From Octopus sinensis (Eukaryota): 64,000 nt of DNA. Positions 13,982 to 28,046 of the stretch are shown here, one piece after another. The notes beneath the pieces are model-generated. The model searched no databases and was not told the DNA's origin. It saw only the letters and a list, made by a program, of their open reading frames with translations. The position numbers and the translations under genes are program-made. The stretch covers positions 27,962,001 through 28,026,000 of the forward strand of contig NC_043017.1 in the NCBI RefSeq assembly GCF_006345805.1. Reading direction: 5' to 3'. Position 1 is the stretch's first letter. The number at the start of each line of letters is the position of its first letter.

Positions 13982-14461
13982 TGCCAGAATCAAAAGCATT
14001 AACATTCAATAATATGTAGCTATATACTACAAATAGCGACCAAATTGCTGCCAAAGCTCTTGTTACTATGTTTATAAAGTAATAAGCAAAAGATAATTAT
14101 AGTAACTATAGCCATTTTCATATGCATTTAGAGCAGTCGGAGATTTCACATATTTCCTTATTCATTGTGCATTTAGGGTTTATAGTCAATAATGTATTGG
14201 ACTGACGTTTTGTCGGACAACATTTAGTAAAAAACAACAGAGGAAATTTGATCTCAAGTATGAGATCATATTAAAGAGCTAATAGTTTTCGTATGTAATT
14301 GGAAATAATATTAGATATGTTGATACTATATACCACAAGCGAATTCGTGCAGTTCCAATTATATCAGGAAATCTCGACAAAACTTCAATATATTTGAAAG
14401 CGCTAATAATGAATAAATAAAAAAGAGGTTCCCAAAATTCTGGCGACATATTTTCTTAGTG

Positions 14462-14512
<51 letters not shown>

Positions 14513-14800
14513 GTAAAAAGGCGATAAAATATAAAACTATTATTGCCGGTGATCTAGCACAAAAGACATTTTAGCCATTAGGCTATATGTTATTCATATA
14601 TAAGTACATTAAAAGGCTTCTAAAAAAAGAAGTGAGTACTAGATACACAAAAGTTGGATAAATTCAGTGAAATGAAAATTAAAAACGTTTACAAACTCGG
14701 TTCATCTTATACTGCAGTTTCGTCTTTTTCAGCATTAAATATCATTTATCTGCTCAGGTCAGATTCTTCAGTAAGCAACCTGTTATCCTAGAAGTACATA

Positions 14801-14985
14801 TCAATAATCCAGACAAGAAAGCACAAAAAAACACAACAACGCGAGGACGTGGAACAAATATAGTATTATTGGACGCTCAGGAAAGAAGGAGGGTTTTACG
14901 TTTCGAGCGGAGCTCTTCGTCGGAAACAGGAGAGGGAAAGATCCAGAGAAGGGAATCGCCAACGGTACACACGAGGTCACCCCAT
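14801..14985 (-). mobile_element. Short element (family E) with minimal hammerhead-like motif
   Basis: Minus strand 14893-14927: GTTT-CCGACGA-A-GAGC TCC GCTC-GAAACGTA-AAAC. Shares ACGCTCAGGAA...TTTTACGTTTCGAGC with family F. Confidence 0.6.
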
Positions 14986-15014
14986 CTATACACAGATACA
15001 TAAAGACACCCCAT

Positions 15015-15067
<53 letters not shown>

Positions 15068-15131
15068 ACAATTAGTTTCGGATGTCGGAGCTGAAATCTG
15101 CTAAAGCATCTCATCATTTCTTCTATACTTC

Positions 15132-15167
<36 letters not shown>

Positions 15168-15544
15168 GCTGTCAGTCTGTGTCTGTATATATGTCTCTGT
15201 ATGTCGCCTTGTACATAAATATATGTGCTCGTGTGTGACTATGTATATATATTTGTATTACTTTATCGAATAGCGAAAATTAAAAACAATATCATTAACG
15301 CATCTCAGTATAACTTACAACGTCATTTCCTTGCGTCATGATTTCCAGTACATCACCACATGCAGTTGTACACATTTCTACTACGTATATATTTCTTTTA
15401 TCTCTGAATGTCATTTGATGACACCATGAATGATAACGTTACTGCGACCGTCGTCATCGTAACCACCACCACCACGATCATTATCATTGTCAACATCATC
15501 ATCTTCGTCATCATTTGTTTGCAAAAACATACGTACATACATAT

Positions 15545-15545
15545 G

Positions 15546-15579
<34 letters not shown>

Positions 15580-15960
15580 ATGTGTATACATGTATGTGTA
15601 TATGTGTATGTGTATATATGTATGTGTATATATGTATGTGTATATATGTATGTGTATATATGTGTGTATATATGTGTGTACATATGTATGTGTATATATG
15701 TATGTATATATGTATGTGTATATGTATATATATGTATATGTATGTATATGTATATGTATATGTATATATGTATGTGTGTATATATATGTATATGTCTATA
15801 TATATGTATATGTATATATATGTATATATATGTATATGTATATATATATGTGTGTATATATATGTAGGTGTGTATATATATGTATATGTCTATATATATG
15901 TATATATCTATGTGTATATATATATGTGTGTGTGTGCATGTGTATATATGTATGTGTATG

Positions 15961-15996
<36 letters not shown>

Positions 15997-16311
15997 ATTA
16001 TATATATATAATATATATATATATTTTGTGTATTAAAGAAGTGCATGCTCTGGGACAATGAATGTCATAAAATATCAGAGAATTGCCAAATAAAAGAAAG
16101 GTATATATTTATCTTTAACAAATTTCATGCAATATTCTTCATTACATTGCATCACACACACACACACACACCACACACACCCCACACACCACACACCCCA
16201 CACACACTCACACATACATATATATTATACATCCATGCACTTGCATTGATATATACATGTATATGTATATGCATTAATCCATACGAATATATATATGCAA
16301 AGGTATATGTC

Positions 16312-16382
<71 letters not shown>

Positions 16383-16861
16383 CCCACATACACACGTATA
16401 TATATAAATATTATATATATGTATATATATATATATATATCACACACACACAAACACACGTATATATATATAATATTATATATATGTATATGTATATATA
16501 TATACACACACACAAACACACGTATATATATATATATATATATATAGATATATATATATATATTATATATATATATATATTATATATATATATAATATAT
16601 ATATATATACACATACACACACACCCACACACACATATATATATATATATAAATATTATATATATATATATATATATAATATATATATATAATACACACA
16701 CAAACACACACATATATATGTGTGTATATATACATACATAGACACACACACACACACCCACACACAACACACATATATATATATATATATAATATACACA
16801 TACACACACACCCCACACACACATATATATAATATATATATATATATACACACACACACAC

Positions 16862-16921
<60 letters not shown>

Positions 16922-16935
16922 ATATATATTCATAT
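15545..16935. repeat. Compound (TA)/(TG)/(CA)n microsatellite block
   Basis: Direct reading, with a short unique interruption at ~16025-16150. Confidence 0.95.
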
Positions 16936-17439
16936 ATCAGTTTTTAAAAATATTTCTCTTTCCTAATTCTTTCTTTTCTTTGAATTCGTAATTTATTCTT
17001 TTCGTATTTCTTCTGTTTCCACAGCGTCCTATTCTTTTCTTTTGCAATCGTTATATTGATAGCAATTTGCGCTAAATCCATACAAGTTTCATAGAAAAAT
17101 ATCTTGTGTCATGTGACGAACTTGTTTCAATTATTCTTCTGTTCTCCTGGGGCGCGGAGGATAAGAGTTAATTCTTGCTGCTGTTGCTTCTCTTGATTTT
17201 GTCGTTGTTGTTGCAGTTGCAGTTGGTGTCGTTGAAGTTGTAATTCTTGGGGTTTTTGTATGTGGATATATTAATATTTAATAACAGTCGTCGTCACCGC
17301 TATCCTCGCATTCATTGTTGCCATCCATCTCCTTCTCTTACATCAACACCAACGTCATCTTCCTTATTCTAATCAGTATTGTCGCCGTCATCGTAGTCTT
17401 CGTCATCATCGACATTTTGCCATTCGTAGAAATGGATTA

Positions 17440-17704
17440 CTATTATTTTTATTATTATTATTATTATTATATTTTCTTCTTCTTATTATTATTATTTTTA
17501 TTTTTATTATTATTATTATTATTTTTATTATTATTATTATTTTTATTATTATTATTATTATTATTATTTTAATTTTTATTTTTATTATTATTTTTATTAT
17601 TATTACTACTATCGTTATTATTACTATTATTATTAGTATTACTATCGTTATTATTACTATTATTATTGTTGTTTTTATTATTCTTTTTTATTTTTATTAT
17701 TATT
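17440..17704. repeat. (ATT)n microsatellite
   Basis: Direct reading. Confidence 0.95.
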
Positions 17705-17944
17705 GAGTGAAAGAGCGGTGCATGCAATCAAAGTGACACTGGGGTAAAATGTACGAAGCCCAGTACAACCATCATCACTGCCCGTCTGATAAGGGTTCAC
17801 CAGGCAGATGCATCTCAATCACATGTGGGCGACCTGGTGATATCATATCAAGTTAAACAGCGCATAACCGTGCGTATGGGGCGCAGTTAGAATTTTTTCT
17901 TCAGGTCAAAATATCCCTGAAAAACCGGTTGTTCCCTCTACGGC

Positions 17945-18790
17945 TTGATGTAGCAATTAGCCTTGTTATCGTTCCTCATTTTGTAGTGCACTTGGGCCAG
18001 CTTCCTAACTCACTCACAGTGTATGAGATTGTTTCGTTTTTGCAGCCACACATCCTAGAAAGGGACGATTCGATGCTTTTGTCTATTTGGAATTTGGCTG
18101 GTGTAATTAGTTCTCAGAGCTTGTTCTTGAGTGCTGCTTATGAATGCCTCAGTGCATCCGTTCAGAACAATTTTTCTCAGCTACATCCAAGGCGCAGGAG
18201 TGGCTGTGTGGTAAGTAGCTTGCCTACCAACCACATGTTTCCGGGTTCAGTCCCACTGCGTGGCATCTTGGGCAGGTGTCTTGTGCTATAGCCTCGGGCC
18301 GACCAATGCCTTGTGAGTGGATTTGGTAGACGGAAACTGAAAGAAGCATGTCGTATATATGTATATATATATATATATATGTGTGTGTTTATATGTGTGT
18401 GAGTCTGTGTGTGTCTGTGTTTGTCCCCCTAGCATTGCTTGACAACCGATGCTGGTGTGTTTACGTCCCCGTCACTTAGCGGTTCGGCAAAAGAGACCGA
18501 TAGAATAAGTACTGAGCTTACAAAGAATAAGTCCCGGGGTCGATTTGCTCGACTAAAGGCGGTGCTCCAGCATGGCCGCAGTCAAATAACTGAAACAAGT
18601 AAAAGAGTAAGAGTAAGTGTTGAACTTGTATTTTATGTCGATTTCTCTGAGGTATTGGCCATGCAATGGTTTCATTTTCCTGTTATTTACCCTTTCTTCT
18701 TCATCTTGTTTCTTAAATGTTTGTGGGCGCGTCACATTTTCGGCAAGCATTGTATTAATAACTCTAACAGCCGCAAGCAAGGATTACCAC
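17945..18790 (-). mobile_element. R4/Dong-like (RLE-type) LINE fragment among (TAA)n tracts, interrupted by a SINE
   Basis: KMKPLHGQYLREID (18640-18690), then SRMCGCKNETISYTVSE..LAQVHYKMRND (decayed CCHC region). Confidence 0.65.
18190..18616 (+). mobile_element. SINE family A
   Basis: Full-length match to the other family A copies. Confidence 0.9.
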
Positions 18791-19751
18791 TGCTGCTTGA
18801 TGTACCAATTATTATCATTATTATTATTATTATTATGTCTGAGTTGTTCAGATATGCTGTGGTGTCAACCGTTTTAGCGGCGTCTGTGTTGCTGCTACCT
18901 GCTGTTATCATTCGCTTTTATAACTCTTATGAAGAACTGTTTTCAGAAACTCGTGAATAACACTGTACCCAATTATATTTCCCAAACATTTCTGTGTGTA
19001 CGTGAATAAACAGACAGTATTTCTAAATTATATATAATTCATACAAATATAAAATGGCGCCTACAGTGCAATACAGTGCTAATTGTTCAATTTGTCCACA
19101 GTATTCACTTATGATTTTACTCAGTAAACTATATACTAATTGTGAAGTATATTTGCCATCTAATTGTGGCTAACCACTAAGGGTGGAAGTTACAGTAGCT
19201 TGTAGCCACATGAGAATTTTCTTTAGGTTGTGTAGCCCGTCCTGATCAAAAGTTCCTTGAATAAGGGCTGTTTAAGGATGTTGAACGAAACACGCATGTG
19301 TCCAAGGGGGAATTATTCAAATCCCAAAGAATTCCTCTCAACACAAGGCAATGATGCTCCCCACTTCTGCTCGTGATGAGAGATGCACATATCGTCGGCC
19401 TCTAAGGGACATGGTCAACTGGTTAAGGTCAAACAACTGACAAGCAAATCTGTGGTATCGAGCAGAATATTTACTGTAGCCCATCTTTTATACAAAGACA
19501 AAGCAATGTACAGGATAACACTTCCATTTAAGATCAGAATCCATGAGAGCCACTGCCTGGTACTGCATCAGGGCATTTATTATTATTATTATGATTATTA
19601 TTATTATTTTATTCGAATTCCCCCGAGATCGACTTTACCTTTCATCCTGTCGCGGTCGATAAATAAAGTACCAGTGAAATGCTGGGCTCAATGCAATCGG
19701 CTTACCCCCATCCTCCATGCTGTCCTCGTGGCACAAATTTGAAATCAGCAC

Positions 19752-19784
<33 letters not shown>

Positions 19785-20737
19785 CATTATTATTACTATT
19801 ATTATTATTATCATTATTATTATTATTATTATTATTACTGCTGGGGCTGTTCAATGTTGATTTGGGGAACAAAAAAAAAAAAGAAAATCTTAGAATGTTG
19901 TACTAAATGATTTGTGCTTATTTTAGAAATCGTTATTTTTATCATAAGTTATTGCATTTCTAAAAAGTATTTCCTTCTTCTTCTCCTTCTTCCTCTTCTT
20001 CTTCTTCTTCTTTTTCTGTGATTCATTAATGTTACATCTTGCAACCAAACTAAAACAATGGAATTTACCTAATGGTAGCGTTCTTTTTGAAACAAAAATA
20101 ATCTATATTTTCGGCAAAATAAACAGAAATATATTTTTCCTATTGTTGAATGATCAATGATGTTGAAGATAACACAGAGGTATAACACAGATTATCGATT
20201 TGCATTTCTTTCGTTACTTCTCACTGGTGGTGGTAATGGTGGAGTTACAAATGGGTTAGGTCGTGTTTTACTTGTTCCCGCACTGTTTTTAGGTGTTTTA
20301 TTTAGTTATTTCTTACTTTTCTCTTTTTTTTTTTTAGTTAATATTTTGTTTGAAAAATATTCAAGATAAGAACCAACGTTTTCACCGATTAACTCTTTAT
20401 CGTTGATGGAAAACAAATGCTGTTGTTTAAACGTGATTTAGTGCTTCCTAGTATGTTATTTATTTACAGATCGCCCTTGCAAATTGCGAAAGAATGTCAA
20501 CGAATTGATGTTTCAATTGTTGCTATGTGTTAGTTTATTTAATCTTCATATCTAAATTATGTTGTTTCTTTTTTTCTGTTTTGACACAAGAGGAGACCTA
20601 ACCGAGAATCCCATATGATTAACAGTTTTCTAGCCGTGAAAATACCATACCGGTTTCATACATTGAACTATCAAAATATTGCAATTCAGTATGTTATTCC
20701 ATTGTCAATAAATAACGGTTTTGAATTGAAAATTAAT

Positions 20738-21149
20738 GAGTGGTTGGGTGGTAAGTAGCTTGCTTATCAACCACATGGATCCGGGTTCAATCCCACTGCG
20801 TGGCACCTTCGACAAGTGTCTTCTACTATAGACTCGGACCGACCAAAGCCATGTGAGTGGGTGTGGTAGACGGAAACTGAAAGAAGCTCGTCGTATATAT
20901 GCATATATATATGTATGTGTGTGTGCATGTGTGTGTGTATGTATGTGTGTCTGTGTTTATTCCCGCAAAATCGCTCGACAACCGATGCTGGTGTGTTTAC
21001 GTCCCCGTAACTTAGTGGTTCGGCAAAAGAGACCGATAGAATAAGTACTAGGCTTACAAAAGAATAAGTCCTGGGGTCGATTTGATCGACTAAAGGCGGT
21101 GCTCCAGCATGGCCGCAGTCAAATGACTGAAACAAGTAAAAGAGTAAAA
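20738..21149 (+). mobile_element. SINE family A
   Basis: Near full-length match. Confidence 0.9.
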
Positions 21150-21636
21150 TAATAAATGAGCTGCTCTTTCTAGCGGTGAATCTCCTTTGTGCCCCTCTTT
21201 CTTACATTGATTTGGAGCAGAATATTTCAACATTCTTAAGTATTAGAAACAAATAGGTTTCGCTTCCTTCATTTTCTTGTCGTGCACATTTCACGTATGT
21301 ATGTGTCATCTATCAAACTTAAAACAGTTTCGTTTCTTTGAATTTTGCTTATACACGCAAAACGATATCCATAAACTAGAAACCCACCAACAAGAATTAT
21401 CCCTAGTAGAACTTGAATTTCAATGAAAGATCATCATTCAATATCTTATCTTGGTAAATTGTATCCAACAAAAAAAATGAAGGACGACTTAGAACCATTA
21501 GAATACCTGCTACAAAAAGTTCCAGAGTCGTCAATCAACTCAAACTTATGCATTCTATATTGAACTGTCAATCATCTCTATTAATCATAATTCAATCATT
21601 CTCCAACTTACCTATGACTGTTAAGTGTTCCTTTTC

Positions 21637-22137
21637 CGAATACGTCTTATGAAGAAAGGCTGAAGACGCTTGACTTTTATTCTCTAGAAAAACGATGACG
21701 ACACCGTGGTGATCTCATTCTTGCTCACAACATCATAAACGGAAAGTGTAACCTCTCGAAAGAGCTTTCAAATACAGGTACAACAGAAACAGGAAGTAAG
21801 AGTGAGAGAAAGTTGTGGTGAAAGAGTACAGCCGGGATCACCACCAAACCCCCTGCTGGAGCGTCGGCTGCGGGGTCACTCCGAAAAGCTCTATCTGCGA
21901 CGATTTCATCTCAATCGAAGGAGAGGGGGCTTTCTCCGTCCGGCTTGCGAATCCGTGGAATAAGCTGCCGGACGAGATAGTGAAGATGCCGACGACCGCT
22001 CGGTTCAAAGTCTCTCTTGACCAGAAAAGGCCTGAACTCTTTACATGAACACCCTCCCTGTACATAACTCCATGTCCCCCTACATGGCCTTGCTTTTTGC
22101 TTTTTGAGCCAAAAAATTAACTTAACTTAACTTAACG
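21637..22137 (+). mobile_element. CR1/L2-clade LINE 3' end with (TTAAC)n tail (3' part duplicated at 22425-22699)
   Basis: SYEERLKTLDFYSLEKR..RGDLILAHNII...RLRGHSEKL...AFSVRLANPWNKLPDEIV..FKVSLD, followed by TTAACTTAACTTAAC. Confidence 0.8.
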
Positions 22138-22985
22138 TCGTTATTAACTGCTCTGTGGAGGAAGCAATCCGTCGGTTACGACGACGAGGGTTCTGGTTGA
22201 TCCAATCAACGGAACAGCTTGCTCGTGAAATTAACGTGTAAGTGGCTGAGCACTCCACAGACACGTGTACCTTTAACGTAGTTCTCGGGGATATTCAGCG
22301 TGACACAGAGTGTCACAAGGCTGGCCCTTTCAAATACAGGTACAACAGAAACAGGAAGTAAGAGTGAGAGAAAGTTGTGGTGAAAGAGTACAGCCGGGAT
22401 CACCACCAAACCCCCTGCTGGAGCGTCGGCTGCGGGGTCACTCCGAAAAGCTCTATCTGCGACGATTTCATCTCAATCGAAGGAGAGGGGGCTTTCTCCG
22501 TCCGGCTTGCGAATCCGTGGAATAAGCTGCCAGACGAGATAGTAAAGATGCCGACGACCGCTCGGTTCAAAGTCTCTCTTGACCAGAAAAGGCCTGAACT
22601 CTTTACATGAACACCCTCCCTGTACATAACTCCATGTCCCCCTACATGGCCTTGCTTTTTGCTTTTTGAGCCAAAAAATTAACTTAACTTAACTTAACGT
22701 CGTTATTAACTGCTCTGTGGAGGAAGCAATCCGTCGGTTACGACGACGAGGGTTCTGGTTGATCCAATCAACGGAACAGCTTGCTCGTGAAATTAACGTG
22801 TAAGTGGCTGAGCACTCCACAGACACGTGTACCTTTAACGTAGTTCTCGGGGATATTCAGCGTGACACAGAGTGTGACAAGGCTGGCCCTTTCAAATACA
22901 GGTACAACAGAAACAGGAAGTAAGAGTGAGAGAAAGTTGTGGTGAAAGAGTACAGCCGGGATCACCACCAAACCCCCTGCTGGAG
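21767..22985. repeat. 562-bp tandem duplication (2.2 units) of LINE 3' end + SINE B part
   Basis: Identical ORF translations at 21815/22377 and 22206/22768. About 3 substitutions seen between units. Confidence 0.92.
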
Positions 22986-23107
22986 CCTCGTGGAGCTTTT
23001 AGGTGTTTTCGCTCAATAAACACTCACAACGCCCGGTCTGGGAATCGAAACCGCGATCCTACGACCGCGAGTCCGCTGCCCTAACCACTGGGCCATTGCG
23101 CCTCCAC
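22719..23107 (-). mobile_element. SINE family B, full length with 11-bp TSD
   Basis: TSD AACTGCTCTGT at 22708-22718 and 23108-23118. Confidence 0.92.
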
Positions 23108-25204
23108 AACTGCTCTGTAGAACATCACTAAAATGGTGGAACTCTGGATAGGCTTCCATAATTATATCCCCTCAGTCACACACTGACAGGTTCGAAAATT
23201 AACCATTTATAGGATTGATGCTCTAACCTCATCTATCATCACTTCACATAAATCTCACTTATTCATATTATCCATTTATCCTTTCATTTCCTTCTAAAAT
23301 TGATGGATGCTGCTCCTCTTAATCCGGATTCGGATCATTAGGTGACCAATGGATCATCAAATGCTGGATTTCATGTAGAACACAAAGAGCAATGCAGATC
23401 AATATTTCTCTGATAGCTAATTAACGCATATATTTTGGGATTGATTTGATGGAATTACACGATGGCGATAACGGAAGGAAACATTGTATCGTCTACCTGG
23501 GTAGGAAAGAGAAAACTGGCTGCTGCGTAACGAATTTCTGTGTCACACAGCTTGATCACGCACTTTATAAAACCGCAACAACGAAAATTATGTAAGATAG
23601 CAGCTGGGTAAACAAGCTTTGATGCCGATGTTGATGGACAGATGGTTAAGTCAACAGATGCAGTAAAATGCTTTAGATTCGATTCAGAGAGATTTTTTCT
23701 TCATTTCAGTCTCGTTATAAATGTTTAAGTAAATAAGTTAATTGGAGTCATGTTGAGTATGATCATAGCATCTCATCCAGTAAACACACTCATATACACG
23801 TACGCACTTTAGCACATCCACAAACAAGAGCACATTTAAAGACAGACACAAGACACAAGACATTCACAAACATGCCGAGTAAGAAATATAGATATAACTA
23901 TTCATCTAAACGCACACACACACATATATGTGTATATGCAAATATATATATATATGTAAATATACACTCACACGCACGCACATATGTATATATATACTCT
24001 TCACATATATATACTCTTTACTCATATATATATATATATTAGAATGTTTGGAGGTGATGTACAGGTATTATATATTATTGCTGCCTTCGTGGCAAAAATT
24101 TGAAATCATCACCATTATTATTATTATTAATATTATTATTATTATTTACTATTTAAGTATTTATTTATGAATCTACATTGACTTTTTTTACTCTTCACTC
24201 GTAAAGTTATCATATAAGTAGAATTAGGACTTTATAGATCAAAGGATGTCATTTAATGTTAGCTAATAGAAGGTGAGTACTGCGGTTGAGGAATTTTTCG
24301 ATTGGACACTGATGTGAAATTTAGTATGGTTATCACGTATTTGTTATTTAATTAGTGATTAGCAGACGATAAAGAAAAATAAAACGCATACAATAGTGCT
24401 CTTATCAATGGACGCAAGAGCGTTCAGACAAGTACACTTAACACACATGCATGCAACTCTTGTATTGTTGCCTTGTTTTTCTACTTCTCGCTTTATTTGT
24501 GTACATAGAGAAACGCAAACACACACACACACGTGGTCACGCTCGCTGAGGAGTGGATGCGCGGTAGGAACTTGCTTCTCAACCTCATGGTTCCGGTTTC
24601 AATCCCTAAACAAGTTCAATAAAAATGCCCGCCATATTCATGTTATTAAAGTTTATAATATGCACTTCATTTTTTAGAACCTGTTAAAGACATTCCTTTT
24701 ATGTCGTGTCTTTGATCGTTTAAGCATTTTTAAATATTATCAATTGGGGTTTTACATTTTAAAGATTGCTGTTATGGTTTTTGCATAGAGATATTAAAGA
24801 TTGCCTCGTTTCAATTCTGGATGGCTTATATACACTGCAAATGTCTTCATCTTCAGTAACAAGAATAAGAAATACTGGTTTCAAATTTTGGTAAAATCGA
24901 CCCCCAATGGACAATTGCTATTTATTTTGTCGACCTTGAAAGAATGAAATGCAACGTCAACCTTAGTGGAATTTGAACACAGAAAATAAAGACGAACAAA
25001 ATGCGGCTAAATATATTTTCGCTTTACTACTCACAAGGAGCTAAACATAGAGGGGACAAACAAGGACAGACAAAAGGGTTAAGTCGATTACATTGACCCC
25101 AGTGCGTAACTTCTACTTATTTAATTGACCCCGAAAGGATGAATGGCTAAGTCGACCTTTGTATACATATGTGCCCTTACACATTTAGTGAAGTCTTCAC
25201 TGAA

Positions 25205-25556
25205 GATGTGTGGCTTAGTGGTTTGGGGATTTGGCTTACAATCGTAAGCTCGTGACGCATTGTGTCCTTAAGCTAGACATTTTATTTCATTTTGCTCCAG
25301 TACACGAGGCTGGCAAAAAAGAGCAGTACATGTGTTTCAAAGGGCCAGCCTCATCATACCCTGTGCCACGCCGAAAATCCTTGAGAACAACTTTAAGGGT
25401 CGAACTGTTTGTGGAGCGCTCATCCACTTTCACGTTGTTCCGTTGATCGGTTATTCCGTTCATCGGATCAACTGGCTGTTCCATTGATCGGATCAACTGG
25501 CTGTTTCGTCGATTGGATCGACTGGAACACTCTTCGTCGTAATCGACGGAGTACCA
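25205..25556 (+). mobile_element. Diverged SINE sharing the family B 3' tail
   Basis: TTTCAAAGGGCCAGCC..GTTCCGTTGATCGG..TCGTCGTAATCGACGGAGT, with a short internal GATCGGATCAACTGG triplication. Confidence 0.65.
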
Positions 25557-25585
25557 GTAATACGCATTTACTTGCATGTGAGTAT

Positions 25586-25798
25586 CTCTTCTACTCTTTT
25601 AACCTTTTACTTGTTTCAGTCATTTGACTGCGGCCATGCTGGAGCACCGCCTTTAGTCGAGCAAATCGACCCCAGGACTTATTCTTTGTAAGGATAGTAC
25701 TTATTCTATCGGTCTCTTTTCCGGAACTGCGAAGTGACGGGGACGTAAACACACCAGCATCGGTTGTCAAGAAATGCTAGGGGACAAACACAGACACA

Positions 25799-25836
<38 letters not shown>

Positions 25837-26167
25837 TATATATATATACATATATACGACGGGCTTCTTTCAGTTTCCGTCTACCAAATCCACTCACAAT
25901 GCTTTGGTCGGCCCGAGGCTATAGTAGAAGACACTTGCCCAAGATGCCACGCAGCGGGACTGAACCCGGAACCATGTGGTTGGTAGACAAGCTACTTACC
26001 ACACAGCCACTCCTTCGCCTATATATATATATATACACATGACGGTCTACCAGTCGGCCCGAGGCTATAGTAGAAGACACTTGCCCAAAGTGTCACGCAA
26101 TGGGACTGAACCCGGTACCATGTGGTTGGTAAGCAAGCTACTTACAACACAGCCACTCCTGCGCCTA
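25586..26167 (-). mobile_element. SINE family A plus an extra head fragment (26044-26167)
   Basis: Full copy at 25586-26020 followed by a repeated 5' portion. Confidence 0.9.
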
Positions 26168-26870
26168 TGCATGCATGTATAAGAGTCGGCGTCTGTGGGT
26201 TTGCAGATACTTATATACGCGTTAATAAATGCATATAACCAAATCGCTGTTTATTTATAACAACCAAGATATAATTCAAATCAAACTATTACCACAACCA
26301 CCATTACAACCAGCTCTGGCACTCTCCCGACCTCAGCGCCACCTTCACCACATTTCTCATCGTAATTAGTTCATTAGTTCTAGCAGCTTTATCGCTGAAA
26401 GCATGGTCATCACCACAGTAGTAAGTGTCATTAAAATAATTAACATTCCTCTTTAGTGTTTCATATTTCTACTTCATACATATTCCCAGTATCATCATAG
26501 ATTTCATTTGCATCGCCAATATCACCATCATTAATATCGTCGTCGTCATCATTATCATCATCATTACACCATAATCAGCAGTACCACCACCGTCATCGTT
26601 ATCGTCATCATTATCCATTTTCTTGTATTATTATCATTATTATTATTATTATTATTATTTCTTTATTGTCCACAAGGACAGACAAAGCAATTAAATCGAT
26701 TACATCGACTCCAGTGCGTAACTGGTACTTAATTTATCGACCCCCGAAAGGATGAAAGGCAAAGTCGACCTCGGTGGAATTTGAACTAAGAAGGTAAAGA
26801 CAGACGAAATACTGCTGGGCATTTCGCCCGTCGTGCTAACGTTTCTGCCAGCTCGCCTTATTATTATTAT

Positions 26871-27278
26871 TGAGTGAGAGAGCAGTGAATGCCATCAAAG
26901 TGACACTGGGTTAAAATATACGAAGCCCAGTATACCCATGATGACTACTCGTCTGATAAGGGTACACCATGCACATGCATCACAACCAAATGTGCACGAC
27001 AAGATAAACAGCGCATGAACTTTCAGGTGGGTGTCAGAATTTTCTTCAGGTTGAATGGCCCTTGAATAAAGATTGTTTCAGGATGTTGAAAGAAACACCC
27101 ATATTTCCAGAGGTGACTCATTCAAACTCTAAAGAATTCCTCTCAGCACATGGCTATGATGTCCCCACACTGATTCTACTGTAGATCAGGATGCACTTAT
27201 CGTCAGTCAAGAAAGGACATACTGAACTGGTTAAGGTCAAACAATAGACAAGCAATTATGTGGTACTGAGTAGAACTA
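26871..27278. mobile_element. (ATT)n-embedded interspersed repeat (other parts at 17705-17910 and 19215-19577)
   Basis: TGAGTGAGAGAGCAGTG..CAAAGTGACACTGGG is shared with 17705. AAAGAATTCCTCTC..CTGGTTAAGGTCAAACAA is shared with 19320-19470. Each piece abuts (ATT)n. Confidence 0.7.
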
Positions 27279-28046
27279 TTATTATTATTAGTAGTAGTAG
27301 GAGGAGGAGGAGTCGACTTGGCTCAAGATCGGTCTTATTCCGGATAGAATTTATATAGATAGCAGGGTATTACTCTTAACTGTTTTTAATAGCCGTTTTT
27401 AATAATTTTTTTCATGTGCTCAAAGGCGTTCTGATAATCTGTCCTGTTCCTAAGAGGAAAACCTGCCGAAGCTCTTCGGGACATCTCATCCCAATCTCCT
27501 CATTTAACCTATTTTTTACTACCCACGAGGGGCTAAACGCAGAGAAGACAAACAAGGATAGACGAACGGATTACGTGCGTAACTGGTACTTATTTAATCG
27601 ACCCCGAAATGATGAAAGGCAAAGTCGACCTCGGCGGAATTTGAACTCAGAACGTAACGACAGACGAAACACCACAAAGCATTTCGCCCGGCGTGCTAAC
27701 GTTTTTGCCATCTCGGCGCCTTAAATCTCCTCAATTAACCATTTGCCATTCAGCGTCATTAATGCATCAATATTCACAGGTACAACATCTAAATATTGCT
27801 TGCTTCAATTCTTCGAGATTATTCTTTCATCTCATTTTCTTTCTTCACAATTCTGAAATCCAAAGGCCATGATGGATCAATCAGTAAGCAAATTTGATTT
27901 TCATAACTATCAATTATTCGAATTAGCACAGGATTGCTCTTATTTCTGGTAGTAATTAAGCGTGCAGAAGGTTACTGTCTTGCATATATATACGAGATTA
28001 ACATTCTATTCCAATATCTTTGAATTATTTGGCTATATTAAGAAAC

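Noticed and set aside
7097-16947. Many Y/I/C/V/H/T-rich ORFs (also at 30.5-32, 37.4-38.1 and 56-58 kb)
   Set aside because: All are dinucleotide-repeat translations.
20157-20240. Possible signal-peptide first exon of the receptor (MMLKITQ..FAFLSLLLTGG, donor TG|GTAATG)
   Set aside because: Weak hydrophobic core, weak donor, and no residues resembling the strand that normally precedes GGLF.
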